Assembly (NCBI GenBank): GCA_947499005.1 | Contig: CANMML010000018.1 | Span: forward strand, 6,325-70,324 | Source: an uncultured Aquimarina sp. | GTDB lineage: Bacteria > Bacteroidota > Bacteroidia > Flavobacteriales > Flavobacteriaceae | Direction: 5' to 3' | Length of the DNA: 64,000 bases | Position numbers and translations under genes: made by a program | Notes under the pieces: model-generated | The model's input: the letters and a program-made list of their open reading frames with translations, nothing else | What the model was told of the DNA's origin: nothing | The model's database searches: none | Part shown: positions 9,437 through 19,000 of the stretch, in pieces | Layout: every line of letters starts with the position of its first letter | Position numbering within the stretch: position 1 is the stretch's first letter

Positions 9437-11710
9437 TTATTCAATAATTAGTTTTGTTGTTTTAAATTCATTTTTAATAAAATAAATACCGCTGGATAAA
9501 TTAGTAATGTCTAGTTCTAATTCAGAATTAGAAACATTTTTTGTCTCTATTAATTGACCAAGAACATTAAAAATATGAATAGAACCTGCTTTTAGATTTT
9601 TTAAAGTTATAATAGATGTGTTTCTAACAGGGTTAGGGAAAATGATAATGTTGTTATTGCTATTAGCTTCAAATTGGTCATTGGAAAGGTTATTTGGACT
9701 TTCAATTTGCCAATTGAAGGTCTCCCAAATATCCACGGCATTACCTTGAGGAAATAATTTGGTATTATCGATGCGCCATGGAGCATTTACCCATTTATTT
9801 GTCAAATAGCTAAACAAAGCCACTTGACCATTACCAAGGTCTTCCCATTTGAATCTATTACATGCTCTAAAACCATTGTTGTTAGCTAATAAAGCTTGAT
9901 TAGTTGAAATTCCATTGGGGTGAATAAATTGATTTGTTTTTAAAGAAAACAGCATGACTCCGCCTTTAGGGTGTCGTTGTACCATAAATTTTTCATCGTT
10001 TTCTACAGTAGTTTTGTTTGCAATTAGCTCATTATCATCGTTAACACTAACAAAACGTTGATCTCCGCCAGATTTTTGCAGCGAAATAAGTTCTCCTATT
10101 GGAGCATTATCCGGATTTGAATCTCCGCGTTCAAAGACACTGATTTGCCCCATGTGAAGTTCCTTGCCTTCTCCCTTTAGCTGAATTCTAACTACGCTAC
10201 CTTCGGTATCTATATCATAAGTACTTCCTAAGGAACTAACTTCTTCAAATATGGGAATTGACCTAAGCAGGTTACCTCCACGTTGATCATAAATTTCTAT
10301 GTTAAAGTCTTTTAAGCGATTTTGACAACAATCTTGTCTGTTCCATATTTTTATTTGTCCAATATTCACTTGGTTTTCTAAATCTACTTCCCACCATGGA
10401 TCTGTTTCTTCTGTTGTTTGATTAAAGCTAGTGACGTTATTATCTAGAGCTCTTTCAGCTCCTCTATCTGATACTAACGTACTAGATTGGAAAGCTGGTT
10501 TACCATTAGCTATGTCTGTTCCTGAAGGGAATATTAAAGGAGCATCCTCTAAGATGACAGGGTAAAAAGTATTTCCACTGGGAGGAGTAGAGGTCAATAA
10601 CCTTGGCTCAACATACTGATCAAAGACAAATACACTTCTTCTAGATGAAAATAATGAAGAATTTCCTCGACCACTTGCTCTGTTATTAAAAATGATATTG
10701 TTTTCCCCAGGTTCTTCATGTCCAAATCTTATGTTTCCAGTCGCAAAAGCGGCCCATGATCTCCATTGTTCACTTTTGACATTGTTGTTTTCAACAAGGT
10801 TAAATCCATCATCACCATTGTGAAAATTGACATCGACTTCAATATCACATTGAGTAACAACATTGTATTTTGCTCCTAATTGAATTGCAAAATGTCGTAT
10901 ACGTCTAACTCTTTCATTTGTGATTAGGTTGTGATTTCCTGTTATATCGTAATAAGCATTACCACCTCCGCCTCGGTTGAAAGCTCCATCAATAAAATTA
11001 TTTCGAAATGTATTGTGATCGGCTCTGATTTCTACAGGATCAGTACCTGCATTTTTGAAATTACAATTATCAACCCAACAGTTTTTTGTGGTTCCTAGCA
11101 TTTCTACAAAGGACACATACATATTATCTATACCATTAGGATTGTTATTGAAACACATATCTCCACAAAAGGCATTACGTGGGACATTACTGTCATCATA
11201 CAATTTGATATCCATTGGAGGTAGATATTCGAAGCTTAAATTTTCTAAAGCAGCGTTTTGAATATTAGTAAATTCTGTTGAAGTAATAGTATTGTTACCA
11301 TTAGAGCGAATAGTTACGTTAAGCTTAACCCCTTCTTTACTTTCTCCTCGAAGAATGATATTTGATTTCATCCTTATAGGTTTATCAATATCATATACAC
11401 CATTTTTGAGAAGAATAACAAATAAATCATTATTGGTCAGACTATTATCGATAGCTTGTTGAATTCCATCAGTATCAGTAGGATCAATTTCTATTTGAGG
11501 TTGATTGATGCATTGTAGTGGAATTCCATCTTCTACACCAGCCTTTTGCCATTCAATCATAAAAGGGTAGGCAGGGTCATTTTTAGTGCTATCAAATTGT
11601 ATACCTTGGTCCCCAATCTGTTGCGCTTTCAAAGTGTTGAAGCACACTACGATTACAAAGAATCCAAAATATTTTATAAGGGAATACCTTTTTTTTATTG
11701 ATCTTTCCAT
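9437..11710 (-). CDS. T9SS-secreted parallel beta-helix protein (candidate polysaccharide lyase) + F5/8-type C/fucolectin-like module + fascin-like beta-trefoil + CTD
   Basis: Signal peptide; IQQAID..VILLKNGVY..IILRG beta-helix start and Asn-ladder repeats; DIANGKPAFQSST..PWWEVDL..IKIWNRQDCCQNRL; IIIFPNPV..LSSGIYFIK..KLIIE CTD. Confidence 0.75.
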   Translation of the reverse strand: MERSIKKRYSLIKYFGFFVIVVCFNTLKAQQIGDQGIQFDSTKNDPAYPFMIEWQKAGVEDGIPLQCINQPQIEIDPTDTDGIQQAIDNSLTNNDLFVILLKNGVYDIDKPIRMKSNIILRGESKEGVKLNVTIRSNGNNTITSTEFTNIQNAALENLSFEYLPPMDIKLYDDSNVPRNAFCGDMCFNNNPNGIDNMYVSFVEMLGTTKNCWVDNCNFKNAGTDPVEIRADHNTFRNNFIDGAFNRGGGGNAYYDITGNHNLITNERVRRIRHFAIQLGAKYNVVTQCDIEVDVNFHNGDDGFNLVENNNVKSEQWRSWAAFATGNIRFGHEEPGENNIIFNNRASGRGNSSLFSSRRSVFVFDQYVEPRLLTSTPPSGNTFYPVILEDAPLIFPSGTDIANGKPAFQSSTLVSDRGAERALDNNVTSFNQTTEETDPWWEVDLENQVNIGQIKIWNRQDCCQNRLKDFNIEIYDQRGGNLLRSIPIFEEVSSLGSTYDIDTEGSVVRIQLKGEGKELHMGQISVFERGDSNPDNAPIGELISLQKSGGDQRFVSVNDDNELIANKTTVENDEKFMVQRHPKGGVMLFSLKTNQFIHPNGISTNQALLANNNGFRACNRFKWEDLGNGQVALFSYLTNKWVNAPWRIDNTKLFPQGNAVDIWETFNWQIESPNNLSNDQFEANSNNNIIIFPNPVRNTSIITLKNLKAGSIHIFNVLGQLIETKNVSNSELELDITNLSSGIYFIKNEFKTTKLIIE

Positions 11711-11825
11711 GATATATAGGGGTTACAAAGCTTTTTACAAACAAAGAGATAATAGCTATTACAACTATTACCTCTTCAAGTAATTATAACATTTAGAGTT
11801 ATATTGGGGTTAAATTTTAGAAATA

Positions 11826-12680
11826 TTAGTTTACAATAACCTTTTTGGTAGCAGTACTACCTGTAGAAGATGTAATTTCTAATAAGTAAAAACCAGAAGG
11901 TAGACCGCTTACATCTATAGTATCTACATTACTCGTATTATTAATATATACTGTTTTACCCAAGGTGTTTTTTAAACTTACACTAGTAATATTTATATCT
12001 GAACTATCAATGTTTAAAACATCACTAGCTGGATTAGGGTAAATTTTAGTGCTGTTTGCTAATTCAAAATCTTCTGTAGATAATGTACTCATATTTCTGG
12101 TTGTAGCTCTAAATTCTACTTCTCCAATCAAGTCGAAATTACTATTTGGTACAGTCCATGTCTCTGCAAGTATCAATCTGTACTCTCTATAACCTTTCCC
12201 ATCATTTCCAGATGAATTTAAAGGTACAACAGTTGGGTTTAATTCAGTCGCACTTTGATCAGCAAAAGAGAAATTAACAGTACTTACTGTTACCCATGGA
12301 TCAGAACTAGTTGGTCTAGCTTCAACCCTCCAAACAGAAGTGAAATTAGCTTGTACATAGAATGTTATTTGATCAAGGTTTACAGGATTCAATCCAGACT
12401 CAACTACAAAATCAAACCAAGAATCTCCTTCATTCAATACCTCTCCACCAGTATGTCGGGCAGCAAAAATATCAGTAGTATTCCTCATGGTAACACCATT
12501 AAACCATCGTTGGTAAGCAGTTGCTTCCATATTTGCAATACCTCCTTGACCAGGCAATTCAAAAACAGTCACATTATTTGTGTCTTGATTTAATAAAATA
12601 GGCCCAGGAGCGATTTCTATCTGTGCAAAAGATGAAAAAGAAAGAAAGGATGTTGTAAAGAGTAAAAATAATTTTCTCAT
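11826..12680 (-). CDS. Small T9SS-secreted protein, single putative discoidin/CBM-like domain + CTD
   Basis: Signal peptide; YREYRLIL..IGEVEF discoidin-like ending; KIYPNPASD..LPSGFYLLEI..KKVIVN CTD. Confidence 0.7.
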   Translation of the reverse strand: MRKLFLLFTTSFLSFSSFAQIEIAPGPILLNQDTNNVTVFELPGQGGIANMEATAYQRWFNGVTMRNTTDIFAARHTGGEVLNEGDSWFDFVVESGLNPVNLDQITFYVQANFTSVWRVEARPTSSDPWVTVSTVNFSFADQSATELNPTVVPLNSSGNDGKGYREYRLILAETWTVPNSNFDLIGEVEFRATTRNMSTLSTEDFELANSTKIYPNPASDVLNIDSSDINITSVSLKNTLGKTVYINNTSNVDTIDVSGLPSGFYLLEITSSTGSTATKKVIVN

Positions 12681-12864
12681 AATAATAGTGTTATTAATTA
12701 GATTTTTTTGATTTTAAAAAGTGTAGTTAATTTCTATATGCTGTCTAAAAACAGTCAATGATAAACGAAATAGTCATTCGTTTTTCTCTAGAAAATAATT
12801 CACTTTTTTTCTTTCAGTAAATCTATAATTAGAATATTTTTTTTGTGAGGGATGGAAAGATCAA

Positions 12865-13047
12865 AAAGTAGGGGGAAATCGTTTTATTTTAAAATTAATT
12901 GTGTAAGTATTTGAAATACAGTGTGTATTTTGTCTGAAAGATTAGGGGAGGAAATGATATATATCACTCAAACTCTTTTTGATTTTGCTCTTAAAGCAAT
13001 CAATCTTGTAAATTTCCATAGGATAAAAAATGATTTCCCCCTACTTT
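12865..13047. repeat. Perfect 16-bp inverted repeat pair in a divergent promoter region
   Basis: aaagtagggggaaatc (12865-12880) and gatttccccctacttt (13032-13047), 151 bp apart; degenerate third copy near 12942-12956. Confidence 0.85.
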
Positions 13048-13116
13048 CTGGCGTATTTGCACCAGTGTAAAAACACATTATCAGAATATTTTTACATACT
13101 ATAAATTTTATGTAAA

Positions 13117-13953
13117 ATGAATTATACCAAACGCTACGCTTCAAGTCCAGAAACGATCAAACGATATACTACTGATGAATTGAGAAATGAATTTCTTGTC
13201 GATGATTTAATGATAGAAGGAGAAATTAATATGACTTATTCTCATTATGATAGGTATATAGTTGGATCTGCTGTTCCTGTTAACTCGCCATTAGTATTGG
13301 AAACTATAGATCCTTTGAAGTCAACATATTTTTTAGATCGTAGAGAGTTAGGAGTCATCAATGTTGGTGGAGATGGAAAAATTAAAGTAGATGGTGAAGT
13401 GTTCGCAATCAACTTCAAAGAAGCACTATACGTTGGTATGGGAGCTAAGGAAGTAATCTTTGAAAGTGCTGATAGTGCTAATCCAGCATTGTTTTATATA
13501 AATTCTGCACCTGCACATACGGCTTTTCCTACAGCAAAAGTAGATAAGGAAAAAGCAAACCAACTAGAAATCGGAAGTTTAGAAACTGCGAATCATAGAA
13601 CGGTAAATCAAATGATTGTTGGTAAAGTAATTCCATCCTGTCAATTGCAAATGGGAATTACAGAATTGAAAGTAGGTAGTACATGGAATACCATGCCTGC
13701 GCATGTACACGATAGACGTATGGAAGCATACTTTTATTTTGATGTTCCTAAAGATCATGCAGTATGTCATTTTATGGGGCAGCCTAATGAAACAAGAAAT
13801 CTTTGGATGCATAACCACCAAGCAGTTATCTCACCGCCGTGGTCTATACATTCAGGTTCTGGAACTTCAAATTATAGTTTTGTTTGGGGGATGGCTGGTG
13901 AAAATCTAGATTATAATGATATGGATACAGCAAAGATTACCGAATTAAAGTAA
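13117..13953 (+). CDS. kduI: 5-dehydro-4-deoxy-D-glucuronate isomerase
   Basis: YSHYDR, FLDRRELGVINVGG, WNTMPAHVHDRRMEAYFYF, SPPWSIHSGSGT, WGMAGEN. Confidence 0.97.
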   Translation: MNYTKRYASSPETIKRYTTDELRNEFLVDDLMIEGEINMTYSHYDRYIVGSAVPVNSPLVLETIDPLKSTYFLDRRELGVINVGGDGKIKVDGEVFAINFKEALYVGMGAKEVIFESADSANPALFYINSAPAHTAFPTAKVDKEKANQLEIGSLETANHRTVNQMIVGKVIPSCQLQMGITELKVGSTWNTMPAHVHDRRMEAYFYFDVPKDHAVCHFMGQPNETRNLWMHNHQAVISPPWSIHSGSGTSNYSFVWGMAGENLDYNDMDTAKITELK

Positions 13954-13962
13954 TTAATAAAT

Positions 13963-14142
13963 AAGTGCCTCGATGTTCACTATTTATGTCTTGTGAATAT
14001 TGTAATTTTTTTCATAAAACCCTTTGCATAGTATAGAGTGATATATTGCTTGGTACTTGCTAACTCGAATTATAGTAGAATTTGAGTTTAGCTACATACT
14101 ATGTGCGCAAGTATAGGAATTGTTGATATGGATGAGGCACTT
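13963..14142 (+). ncRNA. Candidate multi-stem structured RNA downstream of kduI
   Basis: Closing stem aagtgcctc/gaggcactt with three nested stems whose mismatches are G-U pairs on the + strand. Confidence 0.4.
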
Positions 14143-14159
14143 TTATTGGTCTAAGGATT

Positions 14160-14195
14160 AGTTAAAACTATGCACTTTAGTGCATAGTTTTAACT
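14160..14195. terminator. 17-bp perfect palindrome (terminator/cruciform-like)
   Basis: agttaaaactatgcact-tt-agtgcatagttttaact. Confidence 0.6.
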
Positions 14196-14212
14196 TCTAA
14201 AAATTTTATTTA

Positions 14213-14275
14213 GGTCTTAGGTCTAGGGCTATAGGCATTAAGCTTTAAGCAGTAGGCTTAAAGCAATAAGTTAGA
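14213..14275. repeat. Degenerate heptamer tandem array (9 units)
   Basis: ggtctta ggtctag ggctata ggcatta agcttta agcagta ggcttaa agcaata agttaga. Confidence 0.75.
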
Positions 14276-14460
14276 AAAGAAGTAAAAGACTTTCAGTCGT
14301 AACCGAAACTATGGATCTTCCAGTCCATAGTGGTTCATTTATTATTAAAGAATGTTTTCTAGGTTTTTAAATAGTTACAATACTTCTGTAATTATATTTT
14401 TTACTTAAAAGTATTTAAAATCTATTTCAATTGCCTGATACAAGTTTCAAAATATAAACA

Positions 14461-15651
14461 ATGATATTTAAGTACATTTCAGTAATAGTAGTGCTAATTA
14501 CATTAATAAGTTGTGGGAAACCTAAAAAAGCAACTACAGCCTCTTTTGTAAAGATTACTAATAATTTAAATGTCAACAGAGAAAACGAAACTGTTGAAAT
14601 TATGTTAGATTCTCTTTTTGCAGATGTAGCATTTAAGAACAGTGATCATTTTTCCATTTTTGATGTCAAAAATAATACTGAGTTAATCTCTCAAAGTATT
14701 GATTACAATAATGATGGTGTTAAAGATGTAATTCTTTTTCAACCTGTAATTGAGGCACAATCTTTTTCAGAATTTAAGGTCGTTAATAAACCTACAGCAC
14801 TCGCTGTTAAAGAAGCTTGTTATTCAAGGTTTGTACCAGAGCGAACCGATGATTATGCTTGGGAAAATGACCTCGTTGCTTTTAGAACTTTCGGTCCTAA
14901 AGCCCAGTATATGGCAGAAAATAATATTAAAGGAGGGACACTTTCTAGTGGTATTGATGCATGGTTAAAACGAGTTAATTACCCAATAATTGATAAATGG
15001 TATAAGAAAGAGTTAGAAACCGAAGGTACTTACCATAAAGATACAGGAGAAGGTTTAGATAATTTCCATGTAGGAATTAGTAGAGGAGTTGGAGGTTTGG
15101 CTAAAAAATATAGTGATTCAGTATATGAATACTCTAAAAATTTTACCAAATGGAAATTACTATGCAATGGTCCAATCAGAACATCTTTTGTTTTGAATTA
15201 TAGTTCTTGGGGTAAGGATAAAAGTATAAAAGAGATTAAAAAGGTATCACTTGATAAAGGTTCATATCTAACGAAATACAACACTTCCCTAACAAATACA
15301 AATACTATATCGGTTGGACTCACATTACACGAGAATGATGGAAAAGTAAACTTTAATATTGATAAAGGGTTTGTTAGTTATTGGCAGCCTCACGGAGATT
15401 CGAAATTAGGAACAGCCATTTTAGCTGATGTTTCAGCTATTGTTGATTATAAAAAGTTTGTTACGGAAAGAAAGGATGAAAGTAATATCTATTTAGACCT
15501 TCTAGTTAAAAATAGTAATGTTATTTATTATGCAGGTTATGGTTGGAAAAAAGAGAATCGATTTTCTTCAGAGAGTGATTGGATAAATTATTTATCTGAC
15601 TTTTCCACAAAAATGAAGCACCCATTAAAGCTTGATTATTTGAAGCGTTAG
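14461..15651 (+). CDS. DUF4861 family lipoprotein
   Basis: Lipobox LISC; YSRFVPERTDDYAWENDLVAFRTFGP, SSGIDAWLKR, EGLDNFHVG. Confidence 0.85.
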   Translation: MIFKYISVIVVLITLISCGKPKKATTASFVKITNNLNVNRENETVEIMLDSLFADVAFKNSDHFSIFDVKNNTELISQSIDYNNDGVKDVILFQPVIEAQSFSEFKVVNKPTALAVKEACYSRFVPERTDDYAWENDLVAFRTFGPKAQYMAENNIKGGTLSSGIDAWLKRVNYPIIDKWYKKELETEGTYHKDTGEGLDNFHVGISRGVGGLAKKYSDSVYEYSKNFTKWKLLCNGPIRTSFVLNYSSWGKDKSIKEIKKVSLDKGSYLTKYNTSLTNTNTISVGLTLHENDGKVNFNIDKGFVSYWQPHGDSKLGTAILADVSAIVDYKKFVTERKDESNIYLDLLVKNSNVIYYAGYGWKKENRFSSESDWINYLSDFSTKMKHPLKLDYLKR

Positions 15652-16085
15652 TTTGTATTCTCGATTATTGAATTCAAAACAAATGAAGTTTTTAATTCCC
15701 CTTAGTTCTTTTTAGTAAAGTTGTTATGTAAGTAAAAAAGTTAAGTTTTAAATCAGATGATATCTGATAACAATTAATGCTCTAATAGATTAAATATTTA
15801 TAGATAGAAACAAAAACTAAAAATAGTTTAATCAATCATAGTCGATACTTGTTTTTATCCGTTTTTGGAGCAAGATATTCTGTAGTGAATAGTCTTAAGA
15901 AATATGATTTATAATCATTAATCGTATTGATCTTGTAATCAGATAATTAATGAGTTTTTGTTATTTAAAACTTTGTTTTGTTAATTTTAATTCAATTTTT
16001 TAACTTTTTTTTGACATATTTATAGAATTTGTTTTACGGAATTTATTCAAATAAAAACGATCAACTTACTAATTACTGGCTTTTT

Positions 16086-19000
16086 ATGACAGCAAAACGA
16101 CTAATAATACATTTTTTTGTAGTGTTTACATTACTACAATCTAATGCTCAAGATGCTACATTAAATTTTAGACATTTTTCAACAGATAAAGGTTTATCAC
16201 AACGATCGGTAATAGCAATATTACAAGATGAATATGGGTATATGTGGTTCGGAACTCGATATGGATTGAATCGATTTGATGGACATTCGTTTAAGAATTA
16301 TTACTACAACGCTAATAACGAAAACAGTTTAAGTGATAGCTGGATTAGATCGCTATTTAAAGACAGTAAAGGAAATCTTTGGGTAGGAACAAATAATGGA
16401 TTATGTAAATACGATTACAAGAGTGATCGATTTACTAGATTACAAGAGAGTGGTAAATATTTCAAAGGGAAAATTTTTGATTTAGAAGAAGATACTAATG
16501 ATAACATTTGGATCTCCTCAGATAATGGTTTTTGGAAATATGATACTAATGAAGCTTCTTTTACAAAAATTTTCGAGGAAAATAGTTCAGATTGGTCCGA
16601 GATCATTTTATCATCTATTCAGATATCCAATAATCATTTTATGTTATCGACAGATCAAAACATCGATTTGTATGATATAGAAAACAATACAATTAAGCAC
16701 TATTCTTATCCTCAAGGCAAGTCCCCTAAAAAAGTTAAAAATAATAATACCGAATTATTTGAAGACAAAAGTAATAAGGTATGGCTTGGGTATAGCGGAG
16801 GCTTAGCTTATTTGGATAAAGAGAAGAATGAATTTGTTGATTACCTTTCAAATGATGATCAAAAAATAGTGAATTCATCTGTGAGGAGTATTTATCAAGA
16901 CGATGATTATAACTTATGGGTGGGTACTTACGAAGGTTTGTATTTAATTGATATCGAAACGAAAACGTTTTCGTTGTATCAACACGATGTTGCAGAAGAT
17001 AAAAGTCTCAGTCAAAATAGTATTTATGATATCTATTCTGACACCAGAGGTGATTTGTGGATTGGAACATGGGCTGGAGGAATAAACTATTTAGATCGTA
17101 GTGATCTCGTTTTTTCGACAATTAAAGAAGGAGCAAGTAAGGGCAGTCTCAACTACCGAGTAGTTAGCTCGATTTTAGAAGGGCAAGAAGGTGATTATTG
17201 GATAGGAACAGAAGGAGGAGGTATTAACTATTACAATGCTTCTGAAAAACAGTTTATTTATTATACACATGATCCTTTTGATAAAAATAGTGTTAGCGAT
17301 AATAACATAAAAGCATTACTCAAAGATTCAAATGGAGCTATATGGGTTGGGACTCATAATATGGGAGTAGATAAGGTGACATTGGGTCAATATGGAGAAC
17401 TTCACTTTAAAAACCTGAATTTAAATTCATTAAGCGGAGGCTTGTCAAGCAACAGGACTACTGCATTATTACAGGATTATAATGGCAACATATGGATTGG
17501 AACCAGTAACGGTGGATTGAATCTATACAATCCAAAAGAAGAAAAACTATACCCTATAGATGGTCAGGGAATACTTGGAGTGTCGGTATCTGTAATTGAA
17601 AATTTAGATGATCAATCTATTCTCGTAGGTAGTGATAAGGGGCTTTGTAAAATTAATATCAATACCAATGTTTTAGAAAAAGTAACTTTTAAGAAAAAGC
17701 TTTCGTCATCATATAATTTAGAAACTGTAATAAGTTTAAATGTAATGTCAGCATCGGAAATTTGGATTGGAACAGAAGGTGTGGGGCTTTTTAGTTACAA
17801 TATCCAGAGTGGTACATCGAAACGTTTTGGTAAAAATGAAGGCCTTCCAGATGAAGTTATTTATGGTATAATGCCAGATTACCAAAACAATATCTGGGTT
17901 AGTACTAACAAGGGTATTTCTAAACTAGATACTAAAACATTCACGATTAAAAGTTTTGATGTTTCTGATGGTATCCAGGGGAAAGAATTTAATTATGGAG
18001 CTTCTTTAAAAACAAACAAGGGAGAAATAGTCTTTGGAGGTGTTAATGGATTAACTTCTTTTGATCCAAATAATGTAAGAGAAGATAGTTTCGAACCTCC
18101 ATTACTGATTGAATCTTTAAAGATTAGAAATAAAGGAATCTTAGATTTAATCGATAATTCATCTACAGGTTTAGATTTAGAATACAATCAAAATGATATC
18201 GTATTTAATTACATTACTTTGGATTTCTCGAGACCAACTAAAAATCAGTATGCATACAAATTAGAAGGTTTTGATAGTGAATGGAATTCAGCAGAAAATA
18301 AAAGGTCTGCTACTTATACTAATTTAGATCCAGGTTACTATACATTTAATGTTAAAGCAACTAATAAAGATGGTATTTGGTCTCAGCATCAAAAAAAAAT
18401 AGAAGTGTACATTGCAAAACCCTATTGGGAAACTTGGTGGGCATATTTACTCTATTTGATATTGGCAACAATAATTCTATTGGTTATACGCAAGTATAGT
18501 ATTATTAGAATACGTCAAAAAGCCGAGTTAGAACAAGAGCGCCTTAATCGAGAAGAGGCCGATGAAGTCAATAAGCTAAAACTACAACTGTTTACTAATA
18601 TTTCACATGATTTTAGAACACCTCTTACATTAATCATTGGGCCTCTTAAACAAATTATTGACGAGGGATTAAGGGATGAAATTTTGCAAAAGCGATTAGT
18701 GCGAATGTACAATAATGCTAGTGTAATGTTGCAGTTAATCAATCAATTACTAGACTTTAGAAAAAGTGAAGCAGGACAATTAAAGTTAAAACCGAGAAAA
18801 GAAAAAATTGTTCCTTTTTTAGAAGAAGTTTATGCTCTATTTGAAGAACTAGCCACAGTTAAAAATGTGAATTACATATTTAATACAGGAACAGTAAAGG
18901 ATACTGAGATTTGGTTTGATGCTATAGAAATGAAAAAAGTAATTATTAATGTATTGTCTAATGCATTCAAATTTACACCAGAAGGCGGAGAGATTAGACT

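Noticed and set aside
13954-14460. Possible kduD pseudogene in the kduI-DUF4861 gap
   Set aside because: No SDR motifs (GxxxGxG, YxxxK) noticed; the gap is accounted for by hairpins and heptamer repeats
16029-16085. Longer N-termini given by the ORF track (also 32496, 38502, 38835)
   Set aside because: Downstream ATGs (16086, 32523, 38469, 38886) give canonical signal peptides
15652-16085. AT-rich gap before the HTCS with small IR atcagat-gat-atctgat
   Set aside because: A 7-bp IR is expected by chance in such AT-rich DNA; no ORF or larger structure found
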